Shown piece by piece: positions 37,418 through 50,660 of a stretch of 64,000 nt of DNA. How positions within the stretch are numbered: the first letter of the stretch is position 1; each line of letters opens with the position of its first letter. The stretch lies in NCBI GenBank assembly GCA_018649625.1, contig JABIHN010000016.1, positions 23,734 through 87,733 of the forward strand, written 5' to 3'. The DNA comes from Fidelibacterota bacterium (GTDB taxonomy: Bacteria; Fidelibacterota; Marinisomatia; Marinisomatales; UBA1611). The position numbers and the translations under genes were made by a program. The notes beneath the pieces were generated by a model. It was not told the origin of the DNA. It saw nothing but the letters and a program-made list of their open reading frames with translations, and searched no databases.

Positions 37418-40368
37418 AATATTTTTTCACCAGTCTTATATTGACCATTAGTTTACTTCATGCCACTGGTGCCTGGATGATGAGTGGTAGATCACATCCT
37501 GAACTTAAATGGCACACCATGGAAACAGATCATTTTGATATTCATTACCACGAAAGCATTCGTGAAATTGCAGTACAGGGCGCATCCATAGCAGAACAAG
37601 TTCGCCCAATGCTTATGAAGCAAATGGGGCTAGATACGCTTCCTCGTCTCGATATTGTATTTACATCAGAAGATGAAATATTGAATGGTTTTGCAATGCC
37701 AAGTAATCATACTGTGATTTGGGTTGATCAAAATGATGCCGCTCTTTGGGTTGGTGATGAAAAATGGCTTCGAACCGTTTTAGCCCATGAACTCCAACAT
37801 TTAGTTTATTTTAATACAATTAAGACGTGGTTACCAGACCCGATGAATAGTATGGTAGCAGGAGTTCCTGGTTGGATTGTGGAAGGGATTGCTGAATACT
37901 ATACTGAAAAATGGCGACCTTTTCGTTATGACATTTCTCATAAAGGCCATGTTATAAAAAACACAGTACATAAAATTCAAGATCCTCATAATGATGGGTT
38001 TTCTAAAAGTCTTTATCTAGCAGATCGCTTTGGAGATTCAACAATTGTTAAAATTTTAAGTCATAGAAATAAAGCCGGATTATTAGACTTTAAGGAATCA
38101 TTTAAAAAGCACACAGGCATAAAACTGAAACAATTCAATGAAGATTGGCGTCGCCACATGAATACGTTTTTTTTTGGTCAACGAGCTCAGAAAGAGCGAG
38201 TTGAAGATGTGGGGAAAGTTCATAAGCTTCCATTGAAACGAATGGCCGCTTTTGATTATTTTACTGATACGTTACGGGTGGCAATGATTGGTCAATTATC
38301 AAAAGGTCAAGGTGATTTATCTTTAGTGGTTGCAACGCGAGATACAGCCAAAGAAAGAAAAGAACGGAAAGGGCGGATTAAAAAAGCTGAAAAAAAAGGT
38401 AAGAAGCCTAAAAAGGTTAAACCCAAATGGAAGATTAAGGAATATGATCATGGTGTATTCGGTGAACTAATTCAAAACCTAGATGTATCTCCAGATGGAA
38501 AATCCATTGTATATCCAAAATATCGTTATGGTAAAAATCAATCCATTCTCTTTGATATTTGGAAATTGGATATAGACTCCAATAAAAAAACAATACTCAC
38601 ATCATCTATGCGAGCCAATCATCCTAAGTTTTCTCCTGATGGAAATAAGATTGTTTTTGTAGCCCATGAAAATTCTACGACCCAACTTTATACCATGAAC
38701 TCTGATGGAACCGATATAACGTCCTTAACGATGAATGAAGGTGATACTCAGGTCATTACGCCTATGTGGAGCCCAAATGGAAAATCGATCGCATTCGCAC
38801 AATCCGACCCTGACGGTTTGATGGATTTGCATATTATTGATTTAAAAAATGGGCGAGTGAAGCAAATAATAGAAAGCAATGAAGGAGATTATTCTCCAAT
38901 TTGGCATCCTGATGGCGAAAATATATCCTATACTGGGCTTTATGATTATACACCTAATCTTTTTACCTATAATATTAAAACAGGTGAAACCATCCAAAAC
39001 ACAGATATTGGAGATATAATCGTAGGATCACATTGGAATTACGAATCATCATCTATCACTGCTATGACTTTAAAGACTGTCGATTCATCTAGAGTGGTTG
39101 ATATTGATCCATCCAGAATTGCTAATAAAGTTGATCTAAAAATGAACCCGGCATTTTCTTCATGGCGAACCAAGGCTCCAGATAATCCTTTGGAAAATAT
39201 TAACCCTAAATTAGATGTAACAATCAATCAAGAAATACCTTACAAGTTTTATAAACATATTTCCCATTTAGGAACATTAGTATTGCCCGATGATGAGAGT
39301 CTTTTTTTAAATACAGCTTTTACAGACGGGATGGGGCGCCATTTAATTACCGGACTTTACTATACTGATTTTGATTCAGTCCATGCTTCAATGTTTCAAT
39401 ATTTAAATAATACAGGATTTCCCTTGGGTGGTTCGTGGGGAATAAATTATTACAAAGATTTCTTTTTTACATTTCAATTTTATAATCGTAATCAAATACC
39501 ACTCCTAGAGTTATTTAATGGTGCATCTCTATGGTGGAAAATGCCTTATAACTTTGGAAAGTCTAGAAATGCGAATCATTCCATTGGTTTTGCATTGGGC
39601 TTAATGGATAGAATCGCGACAGATTTTACTGATTCTTTAGATGTATTCCTTCTTCCTGAAAGCGGAAAGGAAGGGAAAATATCCTTAAATTATTCTTTCA
39701 AAAATCAAAGAAATCATAAACGAAATATGTTCGCTCCAAATCAAGGATTTGGCTTGAGCATAAATCATGATATTGTAACAACAGTGATTTGGGGTAATAA
39801 GGATTACAATAAAACTAATTTAGATATATTTACGAATCAGAAGACGGGCCCATTATCATTTTATATTAGAGGTCGGTATGAAAAATTAACAGGGAAACCA
39901 TTTTCACAAGATCAATTGGGAATCTTTGATATTCCAAACTATTATATTGCAGGTTCATTTACACCTGGAAGAGAATACATGAGTCCACGAGGGTTCTCAG
40001 GAGCTAGAAAGGGTGATCAAGCATTTATGGGAACCGTTGAACTTAGAGCGCCCGTAGCACCCATTGATGTTGTGGATTTATTGAAAATTTTTCAATTGGG
40101 ATATCCGACTATTGCACTGATTTCTGATTTTGGAAATGCCTGGGATGAAGGTGATAATAAACAGAAAATGATTTTTACAACGGGTGCGGAATTCAGATTT
40201 GCATTATCATTGGCAAAATCACCTTTATTTATTTTTAGTTTTGGGTGGGCTCAGACACCAGTTGAGTGGGGAGACGATTGGAAAAAATATGTTAATTTGA
40301 AAAAAGATGAAAAAGTTGATTTTGGTCCTCACCCGTATTTCCAAATGACGCTCATTAATCCATTTTAG
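37414..40368 (+). CDS. Secreted metallopeptidase + PD40/TolB propeller + probable Omp85-like barrel fusion
   Basis: AHELQH...EGIAEY zinc motif; repeated SPDG/WSPNG/WHPDG; C-terminal PRGFSG and terminal Phe. Confidence 0.7.
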   Translation: MKYFFTSLILTISLLHATGAWMMSGRSHPELKWHTMETDHFDIHYHESIREIAVQGASIAEQVRPMLMKQMGLDTLPRLDIVFTSEDEILNGFAMPSNHTVIWVDQNDAALWVGDEKWLRTVLAHELQHLVYFNTIKTWLPDPMNSMVAGVPGWIVEGIAEYYTEKWRPFRYDISHKGHVIKNTVHKIQDPHNDGFSKSLYLADRFGDSTIVKILSHRNKAGLLDFKESFKKHTGIKLKQFNEDWRRHMNTFFFGQRAQKERVEDVGKVHKLPLKRMAAFDYFTDTLRVAMIGQLSKGQGDLSLVVATRDTAKERKERKGRIKKAEKKGKKPKKVKPKWKIKEYDHGVFGELIQNLDVSPDGKSIVYPKYRYGKNQSILFDIWKLDIDSNKKTILTSSMRANHPKFSPDGNKIVFVAHENSTTQLYTMNSDGTDITSLTMNEGDTQVITPMWSPNGKSIAFAQSDPDGLMDLHIIDLKNGRVKQIIESNEGDYSPIWHPDGENISYTGLYDYTPNLFTYNIKTGETIQNTDIGDIIVGSHWNYESSSITAMTLKTVDSSRVVDIDPSRIANKVDLKMNPAFSSWRTKAPDNPLENINPKLDVTINQEIPYKFYKHISHLGTLVLPDDESLFLNTAFTDGMGRHLITGLYYTDFDSVHASMFQYLNNTGFPLGGSWGINYYKDFFFTFQFYNRNQIPLLELFNGASLWWKMPYNFGKSRNANHSIGFALGLMDRIATDFTDSLDVFLLPESGKEGKISLNYSFKNQRNHKRNMFAPNQGFGLSINHDIVTTVIWGNKDYNKTNLDIFTNQKTGPLSFYIRGRYEKLTGKPFSQDQLGIFDIPNYYIAGSFTPGREYMSPRGFSGARKGDQAFMGTVELRAPVAPIDVVDLLKIFQLGYPTIALISDFGNAWDEGDNKQKMIFTTGAEFRFALSLAKSPLFIFSFGWAQTPVEWGDDWKKYVNLKKDEKVDFGPHPYFQMTLINPF

Positions 40369-40376
40369 GAAAAGAA

Positions 40377-40757
40377 ATGAAAAATACAATTACGTGGTTT
40401 GAGATCAATGTGGCTAATCTTAAAAGAAGTATTAAATTTTATAATCATGTTTTAGAAACAGAAATTAGAATTATGAACATGGACGATTTTCCCGCCATGG
40501 GTGTTTTCCCTGATGAAGGTGTAAATGGTGCTTTAGTAGAAGAAGAAGGATATGAAGCTCCCGAGCACAGTGGCGTTATGCTCTATTTTGATGGTAGTAC
40601 CGGGATTGATTCTTATTTAAAACGAGTGGAAGAAGCTGGTGGGTTTATTATGGTTCCTAGAACAATTGTTACGGAAGACATTGGATTTTGGGGAGCATTT
40701 GAAGATTTAGATGGGAATGTATTGGCCTTTTTTGAACCACCTCTTATAAGCAAATAA
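40377..40757 (+). CDS. VOC/glyoxalase family protein
   Basis: WFEINV...FYNHVL and FEDLDGN. Confidence 0.9.
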   Translation: MKNTITWFEINVANLKRSIKFYNHVLETEIRIMNMDDFPAMGVFPDEGVNGALVEEEGYEAPEHSGVMLYFDGSTGIDSYLKRVEEAGGFIMVPRTIVTEDIGFWGAFEDLDGNVLAFFEPPLISK

Positions 40758-40771
40758 AGTGAAAAGGTGAA

Positions 40772-41845
40772 TTAAAATTCTTTACCCAGTCTTTGGTATT
40801 CTAGCAGGGGTTGGCTTTCAAAATTTTGGATCCGTTTTTCAATTTTACCACAAACATCGTCCCTTACGCACTTGCTTGCTACTTTGATCGCATTGGATAT
40901 TGCCTTTCCGTTGGAGCGTCCATGTGCAAGAATCACCATTTTTTCAAATCCTAATAGTGGTGCACCGCCATATTCTGCATAATCCGTTATTTCTTTTAAT
41001 AACGTTAATCCTTTTCTTAAAAAGAATAGTCCAAGCTTCCATCCTATTTTAGCGCGCCAGGCCATTTTTGTTAGTTGGCCTAAACTTTTGGCTGCTCCTT
41101 CAAGTGTTTTTATGACGATGTTTCCTACGAATCCCTCGGTCACCACAACATCCACAATTCCGCGTAAAATATCCTTTCCTTCAACGTTTCCTGAAAAATT
41201 TAAATGAGATGTATTTTTTAATAATTGGTATGTGGTTTTCATTTTTTCACCACCTTTTGTGGCTTCCTCTCCTATATTGAGTAAAGCAACTGAAGGATTT
41301 TCAACTCCCCTAACATTTTCTACATAGGCAGCACCCATGATGGCAAATTGAACCAGCTCTTCCGCTTCACATTTTACACTTGCCCCTACATCTAGCATTA
41401 AAGCAAGATGGTCGTCATTTTTAAATTCGTTTAATGTAGGGTAAACCGTTGCAATGGCCGTACGTCTGATGCCTTGAATTCTGGTAAGGAATTTTGCTGC
41501 AGCCAATACGACTGCGCCTGTACTGCCAGCCGATACCAAAGCGTCGGCTTTTCCTTCATGCACTAATTGAGCGGCGACCAGGATGGATGCTCCGGGCTTT
41601 TTTTCGAGGGATTCTCTTGGAGATTCATCCATTCCAATGAATTCCGGTGCATGAATTATTTCTAACGAACCATTTGGATACGATTTTTTTTCAAGCGCTT
41701 TCTTTAATTCTATTTGATCTCCTACTAACAAAATACGGACTGGGTTAGAATTAGCGGCGATGATGGCGCCTTTTACATTGGGCTCTAAACCTTGGTCTCC
41801 TCCCATGGCATCCAATGCTATTGTTATTTTTGAATTGATTAACAT
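40772..41845 (-). CDS. plsX: Phosphate acyltransferase PlsX
   Basis: IALDAMGGD, LLNIGEEATKG, GFVGNIVIK, YGGAPLLG and HGRS. Confidence 0.96.
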   Translation of the reverse strand: MLINSKITIALDAMGGDQGLEPNVKGAIIAANSNPVRILLVGDQIELKKALEKKSYPNGSLEIIHAPEFIGMDESPRESLEKKPGASILVAAQLVHEGKADALVSAGSTGAVVLAAAKFLTRIQGIRRTAIATVYPTLNEFKNDDHLALMLDVGASVKCEAEELVQFAIMGAAYVENVRGVENPSVALLNIGEEATKGGEKMKTTYQLLKNTSHLNFSGNVEGKDILRGIVDVVVTEGFVGNIVIKTLEGAAKSLGQLTKMAWRAKIGWKLGLFFLRKGLTLLKEITDYAEYGGAPLLGFEKMVILAHGRSNGKAISNAIKVASKCVRDDVCGKIEKRIQNFESQPLLEYQRLGKEF

Positions 41846-41863
41846 ATTACCTGACTATTGGAC

Positions 41864-43318
41864 TTAAAACCAATAATGCCTTAAAGAGATAGAAAAGAAT
41901 AATCCAGTTGCATCGATGGTCGGTGCCTCTTCAATCCAAATTGCTGGTTCTTGTTTTGTTTTATCGTTTCCATTATCATCTTGTTCACCCGTTTTAACTG
42001 TATGTGTCCATTTAGATTTATTATTTAGAAAAACGTTATTGAATGAAAAAATGAGATCTTGGTGTTTCCCAATTTGTATTCCAACGTTCAATCCAATACT
42101 GGGTAAAATAGAACCGGAAGTAACCAAATTATCATCATCGTCAATTCTAGATACAATTATAAAAGGTATTTCCAATGATGAGTAAAATGAAGTTCCAAAT
42201 CCGGATAGTAAGTTGAAATTAAATGATGGGCCGATTCCACCGTAAAAATCCATATCGTGTCTTGAATCAGAAATAAGGCCTATTGATCCATTGAGACTTC
42301 CGGAAAAAGTATTAAAAGTATTAAATAAATATTTCCCGGTTAAATCATATCGATTTTCTTCGCTGTATGAAAAACTTAAATCAACAATAATTGGATTGGT
42401 TAACATTTCATAAGCTTTATGACCTTCTTTTACCTTGTGCCATTTTCGAATGATTTTAGCCTTACTAGCATCGAGACCCACTTCAGTAATACGAGCAAGT
42501 CCTCGGGTTTTTCCGGGTAAATTTATTGTTTTTCCTTTATAGGTTTTTTGTCTATCTTTTGAAGAAATTTCAAAATAATCTCCAATTTGTAACCCCAGAT
42601 TTTCTCCAGAAAAAATTGAAATATAAGCGCCATTAACTTCAATGATTTCACTGGTAATTGTATATAGCTCTTTTAATTTTAGTCTCATTTGATACTCAAT
42701 AAATGAGAGCGCCCTTTCTAAAGAAGCATCATGATTTCCGCCTATATAAACAGCATTTAGATTAAAGGAATTTTTAGTGACACCTGTTTCTACATTCACT
42801 AACCGGACATTGGCTTTAAGTATAGTTCTAATATTATTTTCTAATTCTAATTGCCTTTTTTCTTTTTGACTACTTGTATTATCTAGTGCAACTGTAACGG
42901 TTTTTTTTACGACCCATGAAAATAAAGTTTCATCTTTATCATCTTTATCATCTTTATCGTCCTTTTCTTTGGGAACACCTTTTTGACCAAAGTGAACAAT
43001 ATCGACAATTAAAGCTTCTTCAGCAGAAGCCAGTTCGCCCAATTCTCCAATTTGATTATCGCTCACCATTCCAGATAATTGAAACTTTTGTTCTTCAAGG
43101 AGTTGATCAATAAGATTTCTATCAATCACTTCAAATCGCCCTACGGCACTCGCTTGTTCAGAAAGGATAGAAAGGACTTTGTCGGTAATTTCTTCATATT
43201 TACCAGTTGAAGCAGGTAGAATCATTAGAGCTTTCTTTTCAAGCGTTAAGTCATCATCTAATTTTTGGGCTGAGGGTAAAGCGATAATAAATATGAAGAA
43301 TAAAAATTTATATTTCAT
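41864..43318 (-). CDS. CsgG/FlgT-like secreted protein with probable C-terminal beta-barrel
   Basis: GRFEVIDRNLIDQLLEEQKFQLSG (CsgG/HfaB-like), VRLVNVETG and GENLGLQIGDYF (FlgT-C-like); ends HYWF. Confidence 0.6.
   Translation of the reverse strand: MKYKFLFFIFIIALPSAQKLDDDLTLEKKALMILPASTGKYEEITDKVLSILSEQASAVGRFEVIDRNLIDQLLEEQKFQLSGMVSDNQIGELGELASAEEALIVDIVHFGQKGVPKEKDDKDDKDDKDETLFSWVVKKTVTVALDNTSSQKEKRQLELENNIRTILKANVRLVNVETGVTKNSFNLNAVYIGGNHDASLERALSFIEYQMRLKLKELYTITSEIIEVNGAYISIFSGENLGLQIGDYFEISSKDRQKTYKGKTINLPGKTRGLARITEVGLDASKAKIIRKWHKVKEGHKAYEMLTNPIIVDLSFSYSEENRYDLTGKYLFNTFNTFSGSLNGSIGLISDSRHDMDFYGGIGPSFNFNLLSGFGTSFYSSLEIPFIIVSRIDDDDNLVTSGSILPSIGLNVGIQIGKHQDLIFSFNNVFLNNKSKWTHTVKTGEQDDNGNDKTKQEPAIWIEEAPTIDATGLFFSISLRHYWF
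42930..42965. repeat. 9-bp tandem repeat, (TCATCTTTA)x3 plus one degenerate unit, encoding KDDKDDKDDKDE
   Basis: Read directly from the sequence. Confidence 0.85.
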
Positions 43319-44034
43319 TATAAATCCCACTCTAAGGGTTGATTATAAGCAAGAGTAAAAAACACAGAAGCTGTCTCATCGGTATAAGACTCACCGGTAG
43401 ATAAGTCTTGGGTAAGTCCGAAAATAACAGCTATTTTATTTTGAATTGCCAGTTGAATTTCTCCAACCAATTGCATTCTAGAAAAATCTATATTATTAAC
43501 CAATTTGCTCACTTGATGAAAATAATTAATTTCAATTTTTGTTTTGAATCGAGTGAAATCTCGATCCGAAGTAAATCCGGTTTTAGCATAGGATGTTTTT
43601 TGTACTGAGTTTAGATAGTCAGAATTATCAAAAGCAAATCCCATTTCTAATGTCATATTCCCTGTGTCTGAATTTTGGAATAGCCATCCAAAACCTTGAT
43701 TGAAATGGTATCGTAAATTTACATCAATGAATGTATTTTTTTCATAGATGAGAGTATTAAATGTATATAATCTTTCAATTGACATGAAACGTCTACTTGT
43801 TTTTTGTCGAATTTTAATTTCCTGATTTTGATCAAAAAAGTGGCCATAAAAACGAAAATCATGGAATGTATACGAAGTGGTTCTTTTTAGTCGAGCATAG
43901 CTTGCAAGCCCTACAGAGTTAGAGCTTGCTCGAACAATTCCTAAACGGGAATACTGCCTCCACCCTATATTTTCTGATTCAGAATCGTGGGCAAGAATCA
44001 CTGAAAAAAAAATAATGGGAATAAAGTATTTCAT
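43318..44034 (-). CDS. Putative small outer-membrane beta-barrel (DUF481-like)
   Basis: Signal peptide; amphipathic aromatic-rich strands; RYHFNQGFGW. Confidence 0.5.
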   Translation of the reverse strand: MKYFIPIIFFSVILAHDSESENIGWRQYSRLGIVRASSNSVGLASYARLKRTTSYTFHDFRFYGHFFDQNQEIKIRQKTSRRFMSIERLYTFNTLIYEKNTFIDVNLRYHFNQGFGWLFQNSDTGNMTLEMGFAFDNSDYLNSVQKTSYAKTGFTSDRDFTRFKTKIEINYFHQVSKLVNNIDFSRMQLVGEIQLAIQNKIAVIFGLTQDLSTGESYTDETASVFFTLAYNQPLEWDL

Positions 44035-44795
44035 TATTCTTTAATCTTTTTCCCGCTTTGCATAAGTAGAATGGCGGTGGTGGTGAAAAGTGCTGTCAAA
44101 AAGATTGCCATCCAAAAACTAGTGCTAATTGAGGAGTTACTAATACCTAGAATGGTATAACGAATACCGTTAATCATATAATAAATAGGATTGATGTAAC
44201 TTAATTTTTGTGCCCATTCTGGTAACATATTAATAGAATAAAAAATGCCACCAAGAAAGCTTAATGGGGTTAAGAAAAAATTCTGCATCATGGCTAGCTG
44301 ATCCCAGCTTTCCGCAAGTTGACCTAATAAAAGTCCCATACTCGCAAATGCCCAAGAAACTAAAAAGATGAATCCAATTGTTCCCATTACATTCATTACA
44401 GGCAATCCAATTAAAAGAACACCAAGTAATAAGACTAAAACTCCATTGACAACTCCTCGAACTGTTCCACCAATAATGTATGCGAGTGCAATCTCTGCTC
44501 CAGATAATGGTGCTGTTAATAAATCAGGTAATTGTTGAAGGAGTTTCATTTGAAGCATGGATGATGCTGTATTGGATGTTGCATTGGTTAGGGTATTCAT
44601 CATGATGAGTCCAGGCAAAATGAATAAGGTATAAGGGACACCCTGTATATCAGAAATACGTTGTTCTAGAGTAAAACCAAAAACAGTTATATACAATCCA
44701 GATGAAATTAGTCCAGGTAAAACTGTTTGTCTATATACAGAAAAAAAACGTCCCACTTCCCGCTGAATTAAAGTACTGAGACCAATCCAATTCAT
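44034..44795 (-). CDS. ABC-2 permease (YadH-like)
   Basis: FILPGLIMM, LSFLGGIFYS and NPIYYMINGIR; start ATG 44795 overlaps the upstream stop. Confidence 0.92.
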   Translation of the reverse strand: MNWIGLSTLIQREVGRFFSVYRQTVLPGLISSGLYITVFGFTLEQRISDIQGVPYTLFILPGLIMMNTLTNATSNTASSMLQMKLLQQLPDLLTAPLSGAEIALAYIIGGTVRGVVNGVLVLLLGVLLIGLPVMNVMGTIGFIFLVSWAFASMGLLLGQLAESWDQLAMMQNFFLTPLSFLGGIFYSINMLPEWAQKLSYINPIYYMINGIRYTILGISNSSISTSFWMAIFLTALFTTTAILLMQSGKKIKE

Positions 44796-45718
44796 TCGTT
44801 TATCCCTTTTCCGGTCAAATTCAAGAAGACATCTTCCAAGGAAGATACATTGCATTCTATACTTTGAATCTGTACATCTGTTTTAGATAATTGTTGAATT
44901 ATTTGAGGCATTGCTGAGTCGGGATTTTTTACAGAAAAATGATATCTGTTTTCTTCACGAGTATATGTGAATTCTGAAAGATATGATTCATCGGCATTTT
45001 CAATTTTCCCTAGTTGTACAGTAATTCCTGCTTTGCCAAGTTCATCTGTCAGATTTTTTGGGGATCCTTCTTTTAATATTTTACCTTTATTAATAATGGC
45101 AACATTTTCACAGAGCATTTCTGCTTCTTCAATATAATGAGTTGTAAGTAAGATGGTTTTTCCCCCGGAATGCATATCTCTAAGATAGTCCCAGAGGTCT
45201 CGTCGAAGTTCTACATCTACACCGGCAGTTGGTTCATCTAAAATAATTATTTCAGGATCATGAACTAAAGCCTTTGCTAATTGAAATCGGCGTTTCATTC
45301 CTCCGGATAGTTGACGCAATCGAGACTCACGTTTTTCAGATAAACCTAATCGCTCGAGTAAATCATTAATTTTTGGTTTGGCTTCTGCTGGTTTGAGTCC
45401 ATAATAACCAGCTTGGAAAAAAAGCAGTTTTTCAATAGGGAAAAACCAATCTACTGAAAGTTCTTGTGCGGCAATCCCAATTTTAGAACGAGTGAATCTG
45501 TAGTTTTTTACGGTATCTTTTCCAAAGACATTTGTAGTACCATTGTCTCGAAAAACGAGCCCGGTGAGGATATTAATTAATGTTGTTTTTCCAGCGCCAT
45601 TTGGACCAAGTAATCCAAAAAACTCTCCTTTTTGAATCGTGATATCCACGCCACGAAGCGCCTGAACATCCCCATAGGACTTAGTTAATCCTGAAACTTC
45701 AATGGCGGGAATTGACAT
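44792..45718 (-). CDS. ABC transporter ATP-binding protein (YadG-like)
   Basis: GPNGAGKTT, LSGGMKRR and LDEPTAGVD. Confidence 0.95.
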   Translation of the reverse strand: MSIPAIEVSGLTKSYGDVQALRGVDITIQKGEFFGLLGPNGAGKTTLINILTGLVFRDNGTTNVFGKDTVKNYRFTRSKIGIAAQELSVDWFFPIEKLLFFQAGYYGLKPAEAKPKINDLLERLGLSEKRESRLRQLSGGMKRRFQLAKALVHDPEIIILDEPTAGVDVELRRDLWDYLRDMHSGGKTILLTTHYIEEAEMLCENVAIINKGKILKEGSPKNLTDELGKAGITVQLGKIENADESYLSEFTYTREENRYHFSVKNPDSAMPQIIQQLSKTDVQIQSIECNVSSLEDVFLNLTGKGINE

Positions 45719-45723
45719 GGGGT

Positions 45724-46047
45724 TTATTCGAAGCCAATATGGTGTTCGAATGGGCTCGGGAAATCAAAGCCGTCTGCACCAGGAAAATGGGCAATAGAAA
45801 CTATAAAACCCCAAGGGATCATGATAGATGCTTCTACTTTTTTTGTTTTAGCTTTTCCTTTACCTGTGACATTTGGAACTGAAAATTTAGGATGACTAAT
45901 CCACATTCCAAATTCGTCATATCCGTTGACCTGTACGAATAATTTATCTTCGTCAATGCCGATTTTTTTTAAGGGTTCGTGGTTATCCAGGACAATTAAT
46001 ATTAAATCCCCAACCACATCTTCTATTTTCATCATGTCTTTTCTCAT
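45724..46047 (-). CDS. Hypothetical protein, possible Sm-like fold
   Basis: Fills the gap in a tightly packed operon; V-x-G-Y-D-E-F-G-M-W-I and I-P-W-x-x-I-x-S-I patterns. Confidence 0.6.
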   Translation of the reverse strand: MRKDMMKIEDVVGDLILIVLDNHEPLKKIGIDEDKLFVQVNGYDEFGMWISHPKFSVPNVTGKGKAKTKKVEASIMIPWGFIVSIAHFPGADGFDFPSPFEHHIGFE

Positions 46048-46050
46048 ACG

Positions 46051-49701
<3,651 letters not shown>

Positions 49702-49752
49702 AGCTTACCTAACTTGTTGATAATTACTAATAAAAATGATTTAAGCATTTTT

Positions 49753-50235
49753 TTATTCATCCAGTTTCAAGCATTCAAACCAAGGCTCGCTATTTAGATC
49801 AGAAATAAATAAATCTCGGTTATCTTTTTCGTCAATTTTTTCGGCACTTGATTTTGCTTTTAAAAAATACTCATTTAATTTTATTGAATTTCCGGCTGCT
49901 CCATATGCTCGAGCAAGAGCCTCGTAGGCATAAGCCAGATCAAACCCCTCGAGTTTTAAAGACTCTGTAAGATTCCAACACTTTTTTGCATGGGACAAAG
50001 CATTTTCACTTTTGCCTAATACGGAATAAACGTGAGAAATCATCCATTCACCGCGTTGTTGATTTAAAGGCTGAAATTCGGAAGACCGCTCCCAGTGATA
50101 TAAAGATGCTTTTGCAAAAGCAATCATACGGTTATCATCTTGGGGTTCTCTTTTTTTGTTTTCCAATAGGGTCCACGTTTGTTGATTGAGCTCTACTCCT
50201 AAATAATGATGTAGTTTCTTCATTGATCTCTCCAT
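49753..50235 (-). CDS. Helical, TPR-like hypothetical protein
   Basis: ASLYHW, RGEWMISHVY and AYAYEALARA helical repeats. Confidence 0.6.
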   Translation of the reverse strand: MERSMKKLHHYLGVELNQQTWTLLENKKREPQDDNRMIAFAKASLYHWERSSEFQPLNQQRGEWMISHVYSVLGKSENALSHAKKCWNLTESLKLEGFDLAYAYEALARAYGAAGNSIKLNEYFLKAKSSAEKIDEKDNRDLFISDLNSEPWFECLKLDE

Positions 50236-50655
50236 TTAATTTCCTCCAATTGTAAGACAGTTTTTTCGCCACTTGTCTTCTTTAATATTTCCTCGGACAA
50301 AAAAATCTTTTGAACATTCAATTTCTGTTTTTGCAATAGTAGGGTACGCATTTTCTCCAAAATGCATGACGAGTATAGAATGGGTAAAAATAGTTTTTGA
50401 AATATTAGTAAATCGACTTACCGCATTAAAACTAAACAATAATGCATCATTTACATCTTCAATTGTTGATTCAATTTCTAATTGAAAAGTCATTTCTCCG
50501 CGATTCAAATAAAACCGTTGTCCAATTAGTGTAGGAGCATTTTCGGTTGAAAGGAAATAATTCTTTAGCATGCCAGAAATTTGAGCATCATCATATTTGG
50601 GTGTATTCGAAAATAATATTTGTAAAAAAATAAATGGTATAAGCTGTTTTATCAT
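50236..50655 (-). CDS. Secreted hypothetical protein
   Basis: Signal-peptide-like N-terminus; abuts both neighbours. Confidence 0.55.
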   Translation of the reverse strand: MIKQLIPFIFLQILFSNTPKYDDAQISGMLKNYFLSTENAPTLIGQRFYLNRGEMTFQLEIESTIEDVNDALLFSFNAVSRFTNISKTIFTHSILVMHFGENAYPTIAKTEIECSKDFFVRGNIKEDKWRKNCLTIGGN

Positions 50656-50660
50656 TGCAA

